A stretch of 64,000 nt of DNA from assembly GCA_964622325.1 (NCBI GenBank), contig CAZUOJ010000004.1, positions 1,561 to 65,560 of the forward strand, written 5' to 3'. Position 1 is the first letter of the stretch, and the number at the start of each line of letters is the position of its first letter. The notes beneath the pieces were generated by a model. That model was given only the letters and a program-made list of their open reading frames with translations. It ran no database searches and was not told the origin of the DNA. A program made the position numbers and the translations under genes. Source of the stretch: an uncultured Armatimonadia bacterium (GTDB lineage: Bacteria; Armatimonadota; Zipacnadia; Zipacnadales; UBA11051). Below, in pieces: positions 10,254 to 20,080 of the stretch.

Positions 10254-13200
10254 ATGTTCAAACATTCAATTTTTCTGAGCATATGTTGTTTGCTGTCCTC
10301 CTTTGCGGGCCTTTGGCTTCCCATCTCGCTTTGGGCCCAGGAAGCAGACAAGGATGGAGATGGCATCGACGAGGAAATCGAATTAGCGCTCGGACTGAAT
10401 CCAGAACAGCCTGAGCAATTAATCCTCATTCATGACGACAAATCTTCGGCGGAAGGCGATAAGCTCCCCGCGGCTCATCTCCTGGCGCCTGATATAACAA
10501 AAATATGGTTCGGCAATGTCGCCCAGGATCGCTGGCTTTGGCGGATAGATTTTGCGGAAGATTTTCAGCCTCAGGGCAATGTCTTAATCCTCTATCTGGA
10601 TGCAGATAATGATTTAACAACGGGCCGTCAGGATCACGCCCGCGGCGTGGATATGATGTTGACATGTGTCAATGGCGTTTTTTCCGCCAGCATTCGTAAT
10701 GAAGCTGTGACGACGCTGGATCGCCAATTGCGGGGCGTGATTGAGGGCAAATCTGTGTGGATGTGTATGGACATGCGCCTGAAACAAAGAAACGGGCGCA
10801 GCGATTATCGGGGCTGGATTTTGTGTCACAGGGCGGAGCCCAATAATGCCGATCAGGACAGCACAGCTGTTTTTTATGTCTCAGGGCCAGGCGAAACAAA
10901 TAAGCCGAAGCCTCCTATTGCCTGTCTTTCAGAATTGCGTTCGGAAAATTTGCGCGTTCTGTCTCCCTGGCTGGGCTGGCGTGAGGATCTGCAGATTATG
11001 AAAGCCATTTCTTTAGATGTACGCAGGGCGCAATTAAAAGGCATACGCTTATCGGATGGCGCGCTTGTCCCGGAACAGCCACAAGCTGAAGCTCTGCTGC
11101 AGCTGACAAAAAGCGGAATGTTTCATTTCGCGCTTGTTCTGCAAGACAGCGCCGCCGGAGCAGAAGAGCTACAAATTTTTGTTAATGACAGACAAATTGC
11201 GCGGGCGATATGCGCAGAAAATGATGGACTTTTTCATTTGTATGTCTGCAAAAAGCCCTTATCTGTGCGAGCTGGCGATAAATTGAAATTAATCATTCCC
11301 GCGCCAGCACAGGATTTTCAAATTTCAGAGATGCTTCTTTGCCCGGAGCCTCCTCAGCCTCGTCCCCTGCAAATTTCATATATGTCCGCGTATTGCCCGC
11401 CTCAATCTGGAGAGCTCGTCTATGTGGACATTTGCTGGCTGACGAATTATCCCTGTGCTGGATTTTTACATTGGGGCCAAGGCGAGCGTCGAGATCAAAC
11501 AACGGCTGTAGAAGCAACGCCAGGCTATAATCATCGCCTCCGCCTGACAGGACTCACACGGGGAGAGCGCTACAGCGTGCAAATTGAAATTAGCTCCAGC
11601 TTCCAAGCTGAACGTCTCGTATCTGCGCCCATAACATTTGTCGCCGAGCCAACTGGAAAAGGAAAAAGAGGCATTGGCCGACAACAAATTCCGTTATTTA
11701 TTACAGATTGTCTTCCACGTGCGCGAGGCTTATGGCCTCTATGTAATGGCGTCCCTCTGCCGCGGGGCGCGCTTTTTTCCGCCTCTCATTGTCGTTTGAA
11801 GAGGCCTTCCGGCGAATCTGTGCCCGCACAATTTAAGCCCTTAGCCTTTTGGCCTGATGGCAGCATTAAATGGCTGCTTATCAGCGCTGTTAATGAGAGC
11901 TTGCCTCCAGGCATTGCCTCTAATTCTGCTGTCAGTGCTTTACAAAATAGCCAAACGGGCCCGAGCGCGGCTAAAAAGCAGGCAGGAACGGGGAAAACAG
12001 CAGATTTTTTCCTTGAATACGGCTCTCTTGTATCGCCTGTAGCGGAGCCAGAAGGCTTATACGTGGACGAAAAGCCAGAATATTTGCGTGTTGTGAATGG
12101 CGAATACGAATTTACATTTTGGCGTAATCGTTTTGCGCCCCCGGGAATTGTACGACAGGATAAAAATCATGATGGGCGTTTCGCGGAGGATGAAACAATC
12201 TGCGAGCCGGCAGAAGGCCTTCTCCTGACAGATGCAGCGGGGCGTCGTTTCCGCTCCATTGACGCTCCTGCGACAAAGCTGGAATTCACAGAAGCGGGCG
12301 CTGTGCGCGTCGTGCTGGAGGCAGAAGGCCCGTTTATGAGCGAAACGGGCAAGCTTATGTCCTGGCGCTGCCGCCTTATCTTTTATCGCGGCTTCCCTGC
12401 TGTACAGGCTGTTGTCACATTGCTCAATGACGAGGGCACATCTGTAATGCCCCCGACAATCACGCCGATTTCCAGCTTCACATTGCCTCTCCATGTACGC
12501 ACAAATGCCTTTTGGCCGCGTCTTCGCTGGCTGCAGATGGATGACAAAGAGCTTATTGTAGAAGGACAGGCCTCAGCCTGGCAAAACAATGTGTTGCCAG
12601 AAAGCCTTAATATATTCCTATCCGCTTTTGCCGCTAGTCCACAGGCGGCGAAAGATTCCTCAGCAGCCTCCCATGGCCCCAATTATATTTCTCTAGCCCC
12701 TGTGACAGTGGCAATGAAAGATTTCTGGCAGCTTTATCCAAAGGCTTTCTCCTGCGAAGGCCAGCAGCTCCGGATTGAGCTGCTGCCCGAGCTGCCTGTG
12801 AATGCCTACGCGGCGTATAAAGATCCTAAGCTGCTGACACAACATTATTATTGGGCAAAAGAAGGCAAATATCTGCTTCCGATGGGCGTGGCGCTGAGCC
12901 ACGATTTGCTCTTTGTCTTCAACGCGGATAAGCCAGAAAAATGGGCGGAGGCTTTTCAGCAGCCTGTTTTGCTAATCCCCAGCCCAGATTACATTTGCCG
13001 CACTGACGCTTTTATGGATTTAAAGCCGGAAGAGCCTGGCCTCATGGAAGCTTGGAGGAATTATGTGCGGCAGGGCTTTGAGGCATTGGAAGCCACGCGT
13101 CAGCGCGTGCGCGAATATTCCTATATGAATTTTGGCGATTGGTACGGCGAGCGCGGCGTCAATTGGGGCAATTTGGAATACGATTTGCAATGGGGCTTGC

Positions 13201-15038
13201 TTGTGCATTTTGCCCAAACAGGCGATATTCGTTTTTGGGAAAGGGCGGAACAGGCGGCACGTCATTCGACGGGAATCGACAGCGTGAACGCGGCGCCGCA
13301 GCCAGACAAACTGGGGCTGCAATATGTGCATTGTTTAGGCCATACAGGCGGCTTTAAGATGGCGCGTGTGCCGGACGCACAATATTGGTATGAAAGCGTC
13401 GGCTGTGATGTGGGCCATATGTGGACACAGGGCAATCTCACGATGTATTGTCTGACAGGCGATGAACGCTATAGCACGCCAGCCTGGCATTTAGCAGATT
13501 GGCTGGCCGGGCCGTACACGCGGCGCTTTGATCGCTATGTACATCGCAATTATGGCTGGGCGATGATTGCCCTTCTGGGCGCCTATCATGTTAATCCTCA
13601 TCCCTATTATCTGAATGCTGCGCGTCTTTTTGCGGATTATGTGATTGCCCAGCAGGATCCTGGCACAGGAGTCTGGGCGCATCCGATCGGCGAATGCTCA
13701 CATCAGCCCAGGCATATGGGCGGCAAAGCCTTTATGAGCGGCGTTGTGATGACAGGCTTAAAAATGCTGGATCAGATTGAGCCTCGCGCTGAGCATAAGC
13801 AAGCCATTATCCGAGCCGCAGATTGGCTCTATCATCAGATGTGGCATCCCCAGGATAACAGCTTTCAATATGCCCAATGTCCCGATTTTGATAAATCCTC
13901 CACGCATGCCGGCACATATATGGCCTGTGAGGGCTTGGCCTATGCGTATGCTTTGACAAAGAAGCCTGTATATCTGGACATGCTAGTGCGCTCATTAGCG
14001 GATGTTTTTCAACGGGGGCCTGCCCGAATGGGGAAGGAATACGCCATGCAAATTCGCATGACGCCGTATGCGTGTTCCATTTTATCACGCCTGGGCGTGA
14101 AATCCCTCCCCGCGCCGCCTCTTAAACTGACAATACATCCGCTGATCCATTTTCTCCCGGGCCCACACGCCACTGTTGTGGCGACAGCTCACAATCCTGC
14201 AGATACGCCCCAGAACATCTCTCTAGAAATTACAAAATTGCCCCCCAGCATTCGCAGGGAGGGGAAGATAACAAAAGCTCAATGGCATGTGCCGCCGCGA
14301 AGCGTCGTAACGCAGAGATTTTTTACGTTCCGCGGAATTTTAGATAAAGAGCAAACATTACAGCTGCGCTGGACAACAAAACAGGCCCAGGGAGAGGCCG
14401 CCGTGCGGCTGCGTCCGCCCCGGCGGATAACGCTGGGCACGCAAATAGGCTATATAGGCTCTGATGAAGATCCTTTGGGACAGGCAGGAGCAAAATTAGG
14501 CTGGAAACTGTCGCGTGTTTCGGATATGCGTCAGGAAACATTATCGCGCTATCGCGACTTGCTCGTAGGCGCCGAGGCGCACGCCAAAAATTTCGCCGGG
14601 CTGCGCGAACAGCCTGAACAGCTTATTGATTTTATTTATTCGGGCGGGCGTGTTGTTGTCTGGCAATTACAAGATGAGGGCTATCTGAGCCATTTTCTCC
14701 CCTATCCTCTGGCTCTCAGCGATGCAGACGGCGTATGTGGAGAAATTCTGAGGCCCCAACATTCTTTGTTTTCCCAGCCTCACAAGCTTACAAGCATTAA
14801 AGGCGCTATTTGTTATGATACAATAGTGTGGGCTGATCCGCGCTGGCAGATATTGGCGACTGATCAGCGCCTGCAGCCCGCTCTTTTAGAGGCTGCCTGC
14901 GGACAGGGAAGCGTTTTAATTGTGCAGCCTTCCTTTGAGCGCTATGTGATTGGGCAAGCTGCCGTTTCCAGAGAATTATCCGAAGAAACATGCCGCCAAT
15001 TTTTGCAAAATGTGCGTGCATGGCTTGAAAAGCCCTAA
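10254..15038 (+). CDS. Giant secreted protein (about 1594 aa) of unknown function, paralogous to 4796..8329
   Basis: GGAGG lies 6 nt before ATG 10254; the track ORF starts at 10242. Signal peptide present. Acidic DKDGDGIDEE Ca-binding-like stretch. Central region contains MYCLTGDERY, matching LITGDERY in the 1177 aa protein. Confidence 0.7.
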   Translation: MFKHSIFLSICCLLSSFAGLWLPISLWAQEADKDGDGIDEEIELALGLNPEQPEQLILIHDDKSSAEGDKLPAAHLLAPDITKIWFGNVAQDRWLWRIDFAEDFQPQGNVLILYLDADNDLTTGRQDHARGVDMMLTCVNGVFSASIRNEAVTTLDRQLRGVIEGKSVWMCMDMRLKQRNGRSDYRGWILCHRAEPNNADQDSTAVFYVSGPGETNKPKPPIACLSELRSENLRVLSPWLGWREDLQIMKAISLDVRRAQLKGIRLSDGALVPEQPQAEALLQLTKSGMFHFALVLQDSAAGAEELQIFVNDRQIARAICAENDGLFHLYVCKKPLSVRAGDKLKLIIPAPAQDFQISEMLLCPEPPQPRPLQISYMSAYCPPQSGELVYVDICWLTNYPCAGFLHWGQGERRDQTTAVEATPGYNHRLRLTGLTRGERYSVQIEISSSFQAERLVSAPITFVAEPTGKGKRGIGRQQIPLFITDCLPRARGLWPLCNGVPLPRGALFSASHCRLKRPSGESVPAQFKPLAFWPDGSIKWLLISAVNESLPPGIASNSAVSALQNSQTGPSAAKKQAGTGKTADFFLEYGSLVSPVAEPEGLYVDEKPEYLRVVNGEYEFTFWRNRFAPPGIVRQDKNHDGRFAEDETICEPAEGLLLTDAAGRRFRSIDAPATKLEFTEAGAVRVVLEAEGPFMSETGKLMSWRCRLIFYRGFPAVQAVVTLLNDEGTSVMPPTITPISSFTLPLHVRTNAFWPRLRWLQMDDKELIVEGQASAWQNNVLPESLNIFLSAFAASPQAAKDSSAASHGPNYISLAPVTVAMKDFWQLYPKAFSCEGQQLRIELLPELPVNAYAAYKDPKLLTQHYYWAKEGKYLLPMGVALSHDLLFVFNADKPEKWAEAFQQPVLLIPSPDYICRTDAFMDLKPEEPGLMEAWRNYVRQGFEALEATRQRVREYSYMNFGDWYGERGVNWGNLEYDLQWGLLVHFAQTGDIRFWERAEQAARHSTGIDSVNAAPQPDKLGLQYVHCLGHTGGFKMARVPDAQYWYESVGCDVGHMWTQGNLTMYCLTGDERYSTPAWHLADWLAGPYTRRFDRYVHRNYGWAMIALLGAYHVNPHPYYLNAARLFADYVIAQQDPGTGVWAHPIGECSHQPRHMGGKAFMSGVVMTGLKMLDQIEPRAEHKQAIIRAADWLYHQMWHPQDNSFQYAQCPDFDKSSTHAGTYMACEGLAYAYALTKKPVYLDMLVRSLADVFQRGPARMGKEYAMQIRMTPYACSILSRLGVKSLPAPPLKLTIHPLIHFLPGPHATVVATAHNPADTPQNISLEITKLPPSIRREGKITKAQWHVPPRSVVTQRFFTFRGILDKEQTLQLRWTTKQAQGEAAVRLRPPRRITLGTQIGYIGSDEDPLGQAGAKLGWKLSRVSDMRQETLSRYRDLLVGAEAHAKNFAGLREQPEQLIDFIYSGGRVVVWQLQDEGYLSHFLPYPLALSDADGVCGEILRPQHSLFSQPHKLTSIKGAICYDTIVWADPRWQILATDQRLQPALLEAACGQGSVLIVQPSFERYVIGQAAVSRELSEETCRQFLQNVRAWLEKP

Positions 15039-15100
15039 AAACAGAAGAAGCCTTTCCCCTCTCGGCTCCGCTTGTTGTTTATGCTGAGGCATTCGCAGGC

Positions 15101-16516
15101 TTATTCCGCCACAACAATAATAGAGGCTTCCGCTACAGCTACGGGACGATCAGCGGCATTATGAATGACGAGCTTTAAGCGATGTTCCCCAGGCGCCAGG
15201 GCGCGGGCATTCAGAGGAAAGCGGAAAGGCAACACATTTGTGATGGCCAGAAATTTGTCATCCAGATATAGCATGGCGCTATCTGCCGGCACATTTTTCC
15301 CAATGTCCGCAACGATTTCCACATTGCCAGACAAGGCGGCTGGGGAGCCGCCCTGCACGACAATAGCCACAGCATTAGGAGCGGCAACGCCCAGACGCGT
15401 TTGCGCGAGCGGCACGCTTGTCGGCGCAGGCGTCGGGGCTTCTGTCGGCCGCTCCGCAGGCCGGGGCGTCGCTGGAACAGGCTCGGCAGGCCCAACAGGG
15501 CCTGGGGGAGCCTGGGCGGCTCGGCTGGAAGAGCGCGCGGCCAAAAGCACTTCCTCAGGCACACGGGAGAGAAAATAATCCTGCGCAATGAGCTGGGAAT
15601 AGGCTTGCAGCACTTGCGGATGATCTGTCACGCAATAATTATTGTGCGCCAGCTTATGCCGCTCTGTGTCCACAGAAAACCAATTAATCATTTTGACGCG
15701 GGGAAATTGCGTGGGCAATGCTGTATATAGCTTCCGCATATTGTCCAGACAAAAATCAATGACATATTGCCTTGTCGCCACACAATAATGCGTCGCCGCG
15801 TATTCGCATATCGCAATGGGCTTGCGCGCGGCAAACATATCATACACATAACGCAACAATTCGCGCGGATCCTCGCTGGGAGGCTTTGTCGGATCGCCGT
15901 CGGTGCGATAGACGCTATATAAGTTGACGCCAACCCAATCCACATATTCATCGCCCGGATAATAAAGAGGAATTGTAGCGCGGGGCGTGGCGAAGGGGCA
16001 CCAGATCATGATGACATTAGGCGCTGTTTCGTGCATCACGCGATACACAAGCCGCCATTTGGCGATATATAAATCGGGATCGCCGGAATACGCCATCCAA
16101 TTGCCATTCATCTCAGAGGCATAGCGTAAGAAAATAGGCCCTTCTGTACGGGCGGCGGCTTCCGCCCAACCCCGCAAATAATCGTCATCCTTGACAGCCT
16201 CCAGCCCTTCATTGGGCTCCCAGGCAATATGTGGCACAGCCTGCTGAGCATGGAGCTCCTTGACCCACTTATAAGGAAAAGGCTGCCCATAGCCCACATA
16301 ACGGAAATATGTGGCGTGTTTTTTGCCTGTCAGGCGTTCAAATTCGCTAATCTGGCCAGCAACATTGTGATCTAATTCCACATACGCGCCGATGTAACAG
16401 CCTGTGGGCGGCTCATAAGGGCCCAGCTGCTGCGCTTCCAAAGCGCTCGCTGTCCCCCAAGCCGCCAGAATAAGACACAACACTGTAGCAAATAACGATG
16501 GACGCTTCTGCATCAT
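15101..16516 (-). CDS. Secreted GH26-like (clan GH-A, beta-mannanase-like) glycoside hydrolase with Pro-rich linker and C-terminal beta-sandwich domain
   Basis: Likely start is the MM at 16516, giving signal peptide MMQKRPSLFATVLCLILAAWGTASA. FLRYASEMNGNWMAY resembles the GH26 HEMNGxW acid/base region; a WEPNE motif is also present. Linker PAEPVPATPRPAERPTEAPTPAPT. Confidence 0.6.
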   Translation of the reverse strand: MMQKRPSLFATVLCLILAAWGTASALEAQQLGPYEPPTGCYIGAYVELDHNVAGQISEFERLTGKKHATYFRYVGYGQPFPYKWVKELHAQQAVPHIAWEPNEGLEAVKDDDYLRGWAEAAARTEGPIFLRYASEMNGNWMAYSGDPDLYIAKWRLVYRVMHETAPNVIMIWCPFATPRATIPLYYPGDEYVDWVGVNLYSVYRTDGDPTKPPSEDPRELLRYVYDMFAARKPIAICEYAATHYCVATRQYVIDFCLDNMRKLYTALPTQFPRVKMINWFSVDTERHKLAHNNYCVTDHPQVLQAYSQLIAQDYFLSRVPEEVLLAARSSSRAAQAPPGPVGPAEPVPATPRPAERPTEAPTPAPTSVPLAQTRLGVAAPNAVAIVVQGGSPAALSGNVEIVADIGKNVPADSAMLYLDDKFLAITNVLPFRFPLNARALAPGEHRLKLVIHNAADRPVAVAEASIIVVAE

Positions 16517-16532
16517 TATGGCTGATGTACTT

Positions 16533-17498
16533 TCAGCTATCCACATTTCCCTGAACTGATTCAGCTTGCCCAGAGCTTTCCCAAGATGGCGCTTGGGGCG
16601 CCAGGCGCTTACTTTTCCACCGATTGTGCAGCCACAGCCAATTATCCGGATAGGCCCGTATGGCTTCTTCAATCGCTTTGTTGATGCGCTGCGTATTCAC
16701 AATGACATCCTGTGTCCGTTGGCCTGTGTGGATAAGCTCAATTTCAGGCCATAAGATAACTTCCAGCGCGCCGCTATCAAAATGCCGCACACAAAAAGCG
16801 GCAAACACGCGGGCGTTCGAACGCTGCGCCAGCAAGGCGGGCCCTGTAAATGTCCAGGCCGGACGCCCTAAAAATTCTAACAAAGCGCCCCCTTGGGCGC
16901 AATGCTGATCCGGCAAAATGCCCAGCATGCCGCCTGCATTGAGCACACGCAGCATCTCACGAAGATCCTCGCGACCCAAAACTGTTATTTTGTGTGCCTG
17001 GCGGGCTTTGTTAATAAGCCCAGCCACAACAGGATGGGCGGCATCGCGGGCAATGACTGTCAATGGCGCCACCTGTGAAGACGCATAAGCGCCCAGATAT
17101 TCCCAATTGCCCAGATGCGCGCTGATTAATATAACGCTCGAACCCTCTTGCAAAGCCTGTTTCATTGGCTGCAAATCTGAACCTGTAAGAAGATGCTTCA
17201 AATCTTGCGCCGACAAATAAGGCAGCTTAAAATGCTCCAACATTGTCCGCACGATATTTTTGACGCTCCGACGACAGATAGCGCGGCATTCCTGCGGCGA
17301 TAAATGAGGAAAAGTCGCGGCGATATTGCGCTCCGCCATTCGAATCCGCCGCGGCACAAGCAGAATAATCAAATTGGCCAGGGCATCCGCCAGGAGATAT
17401 AATCCCCGAAAAGAAACAAAGCGCACGGCCAGGCTTGTCAGCCAGGCCAGGGCGGCTATGAGAGATTGCTCTATCCGACGGCGCCAGAGACTTTTCAT
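16533..17498 (-). CDS. lpxL: Lipid A biosynthesis late acyltransferase (LpxL/HtrB family, Kdo2-lipid IVA acyltransferase)
   Basis: C-terminal NWLWLHNRWKSKR parallels E. coli LpxL QYMWLHRRFKTRP. The N-terminal TM segment plus the HX4D-family context fits. ATGA overlap with the lpxK stop. Confidence 0.7.
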   Translation of the reverse strand: MKSLWRRRIEQSLIAALAWLTSLAVRFVSFRGLYLLADALANLIILLVPRRIRMAERNIAATFPHLSPQECRAICRRSVKNIVRTMLEHFKLPYLSAQDLKHLLTGSDLQPMKQALQEGSSVILISAHLGNWEYLGAYASSQVAPLTVIARDAAHPVVAGLINKARQAHKITVLGREDLREMLRVLNAGGMLGILPDQHCAQGGALLEFLGRPAWTFTGPALLAQRSNARVFAAFCVRHFDSGALEVILWPEIELIHTGQRTQDVIVNTQRINKAIEEAIRAYPDNWLWLHNRWKSKRLAPQAPSWESSGQAESVQGNVDS

Positions 17499-18613
17499 AA
17501 GGCCTTAGGAACAAGGGCAATTATTTTTTCTAAAGCTTCTGTGACGATATCTTCGCCCCGTATAATTGCCAATTCGCTCTGTAAAATCCATAGCGGCAAA
17601 GCAAAATCTTCAGCAGGCAATATAGCTGAAATCTTGACAGCATCTTTGCCTGTCGTGACAATGCCCTCGGCTCCCCACTCCTCTGCCTTTTTCTTGATTT
17701 GCTGATAATCCTGTGTTCCGTAAATATGATGATCCGGAAAGCGTACAGGCAGCAGCTGGGCTCCCAGCTGCCGCACTGTATGCTCAAAGCTTTCGGGACA
17801 GCCCAGCCCGGAGACGGCTACTATCTTACGCCCGCGCAGGCTTTCTAACGGCACATCTCCTCCATCCAGAGTCAACAATCTTTGCGGCCTGTGCTGCGTG
17901 ACAACAATGGGCTTATCTGGCGCATAACAATGGAGCTGAGCTTCTAGCTCGCAAATATGCGCCGCAGAAGCCAGATCGGCATGTGTAATCCATAATTGAT
18001 CCGCACGGCGCAAATGCGTCCAGGGCTCGCGCAAAAAGCCGCGGGGAAAAAGATGAGCGGCTTCAGCCGGAAAGAGAGCGCTGATCAAAACGATATTTAA
18101 ATCCCGCTCCATACGAAAATACTGATAGCCGTCATCCAGCAACGCTAAAGAGGCGCCCAGACTGTGCAAAATAGCAATGCTCTTTTCGCGCCGGGCACCT
18201 ACAACAATGGGCGTGTGTGGCAAGGCGCGGGCAAGCTCCTGCGCTTCATCGCCTGTCAATGACAGTGCCGCAATATGGCCGCGCCCGTCGCTGGCTAATA
18301 AATTTTTGCGCGCTCTGCCTCCATAGCCTCGCAAAACAATCCCGGCCTGAAGGCCGCGTTCGAACAAAGCTTTAGCCAGATAGCGCACGGCTGTTGTTTT
18401 GCCAGTGCCGCCTAATGTCAAATTGCCCACGCTGATTGTCGGCAAAGCAGGGCGTGTTCGGCGCTTCACGCCGTATTCGTACAGCGCTAAATTAGCCCAC
18501 AAGCCGCCATAATAGAGCCCGGCCAAACAGGACAGGCCTAGCCGCGCCAGGCTTGCGCCCAGCCCTTGTTTTTTTCCTGTGACAATATCTTCCCAGCAGA
18601 CGGCGCTATTCAT
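17495..18613 (-). CDS. lpxK: Tetraacyldisaccharide 4'-kinase
   Basis: P-loop VGNLTLGGTGKTT, as in LpxK. At 372 aa it has a roughly 40 aa C-terminal extension relative to E. coli LpxK. Start overlaps the waaA stop. Confidence 0.85.
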   Translation of the reverse strand: MNSAVCWEDIVTGKKQGLGASLARLGLSCLAGLYYGGLWANLALYEYGVKRRTRPALPTISVGNLTLGGTGKTTAVRYLAKALFERGLQAGIVLRGYGGRARKNLLASDGRGHIAALSLTGDEAQELARALPHTPIVVGARREKSIAILHSLGASLALLDDGYQYFRMERDLNIVLISALFPAEAAHLFPRGFLREPWTHLRRADQLWITHADLASAAHICELEAQLHCYAPDKPIVVTQHRPQRLLTLDGGDVPLESLRGRKIVAVSGLGCPESFEHTVRQLGAQLLPVRFPDHHIYGTQDYQQIKKKAEEWGAEGIVTTGKDAVKISAILPAEDFALPLWILQSELAIIRGEDIVTEALEKIIALVPKAL

Positions 18614-20070
18614 AAATCTGTAGTCGTTTTTTCAAGCTCTGCCGGAGGAGCTAATTGCGATTCCTCGGGCGGGGGAGGCGACACGGATTGCTCCACAAGC
18701 TCTTCAATGGCTCTGGCGTAACGCTCGGAAGCGCCGGCATATTTGCGCAGCATGGCAGGGCCTAATGTCGCTACTTCCGCCCGCCGCTCGGGCTGTGTCA
18801 GCCACAGCTCGCATTGCGCCTGCAATTCCTCCGCTGACTTTATTTGCCAGCCGCAGCCTTCTTTAATGGCAATCGCACTGATATCGCGAAAATCGGCCAT
18901 ATAGGGGCCAAAAAGCGTGAATTTGCCCTGGGCAATCGGCTCCAGGATATTGTGTCCTGAAAGCCCCTTGACAAGGCTGCCGCCCATAATTACAAGATCA
19001 GCGCAGGCGTACACAGAGGCCAGCTCGCCGATTGTATCCAGAATCACAACGCGCGCGGCGCTGCTGCTGGGAGGGCCGATTTCTTCGCCTGCTTCGCGTG
19101 CCTGCAGCACATGGCTGCGCCGATATACATCATAGCCATGTTCGCGGACAAGCTGATGGATAGCCTCGCCGCGTTGCGGATGACGCGGGGCAATAATCAG
19201 TTGCAAATTTGCGTGTGTGAAGCGCAAATGATCAAAGACTGTCAAAATGATTTCCTCTTCGCCTTCGTGTGTGCTGCCGGCCAAAATGATGAGATCGTCT
19301 TCCCCGAAGCCAAATTCCTGGCGCCAGCGCGCGGCTTCGGCCGCCGATAGCGGCTCGGGCGCGCCATCAAATTTAGAATTGCCGCCGACAAATACGCGCT
19401 CAGGATTCGCTCCCAAGAAAATAAAACGCTGGGCGTCTTCCTCCGATTGCGCCCCAATCAGCTCCACATGCCGGAGCGCCCAGCGATATATCGGCCGCAG
19501 CATTTTCGTCCAGGGAAAGGCCCGATCCGAGATACGGCCATTGACGACAACTGTATGCACGCCCCGACGCCGCGCCAGACACAGCAAATTGGGCCATAAC
19601 TCCGTTTCCACTAATATAAGCGCCTGTGGCTGCAGGCGTGAGAATATCTCTTGAAGCACAAAAGGAATATCGGGAGGGAAATAAAATACAGCTTCCACGC
19701 CCAGATCACGCTGCTGCGCATGAGCGTAGCCGGCTGGCGTCACGACAGAGAGCACAAAATGGGCCAGAGGCAAACGTATGCGCAGGGCCTTCAAAATGGG
19801 CGCCGCGGCATTGACTTCGCCGACGGAAGCGCAATGAATCCAGATCACGGGCTCTTCTGTCTTGGGCCAATAATCTAATTTCGGGGGCAGCCAGCCCAAA
19901 CGCTCCCATAAGCCGGCATAGGATTTGCCGCGCCTTTTGCGTTTGGCAAAATACACAGGCATCCACAAAACGCCCAGCGCCAATGCCAGAAGGACGAGAG
20001 AATTATAAAGGACAAAAGCCCAATCTATCTTACACAGAGATTGCCGAATGTTTTTTATCCACATAGGCAT
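18610..20070 (-). CDS. waaA: 3-deoxy-D-manno-octulosonic acid (Kdo) transferase
   Basis: WIHCASVGE motif and GT30 family architecture. Likely start is ATG at 20070 or 20064, ten nt after the msbA stop. Confidence 0.85.
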   Translation of the reverse strand: MPMWIKNIRQSLCKIDWAFVLYNSLVLLALALGVLWMPVYFAKRKRRGKSYAGLWERLGWLPPKLDYWPKTEEPVIWIHCASVGEVNAAAPILKALRIRLPLAHFVLSVVTPAGYAHAQQRDLGVEAVFYFPPDIPFVLQEIFSRLQPQALILVETELWPNLLCLARRRGVHTVVVNGRISDRAFPWTKMLRPIYRWALRHVELIGAQSEEDAQRFIFLGANPERVFVGGNSKFDGAPEPLSAAEAARWRQEFGFGEDDLIILAGSTHEGEEEIILTVFDHLRFTHANLQLIIAPRHPQRGEAIHQLVREHGYDVYRRSHVLQAREAGEEIGPPSSSAARVVILDTIGELASVYACADLVIMGGSLVKGLSGHNILEPIAQGKFTLFGPYMADFRDISAIAIKEGCGWQIKSAEELQAQCELWLTQPERRAEVATLGPAMLRKYAGASERYARAIEELVEQSVSPPPPEESQLAPPAELEKTTTDL

Positions 20071-20080
20071 TTTGGGCCTT

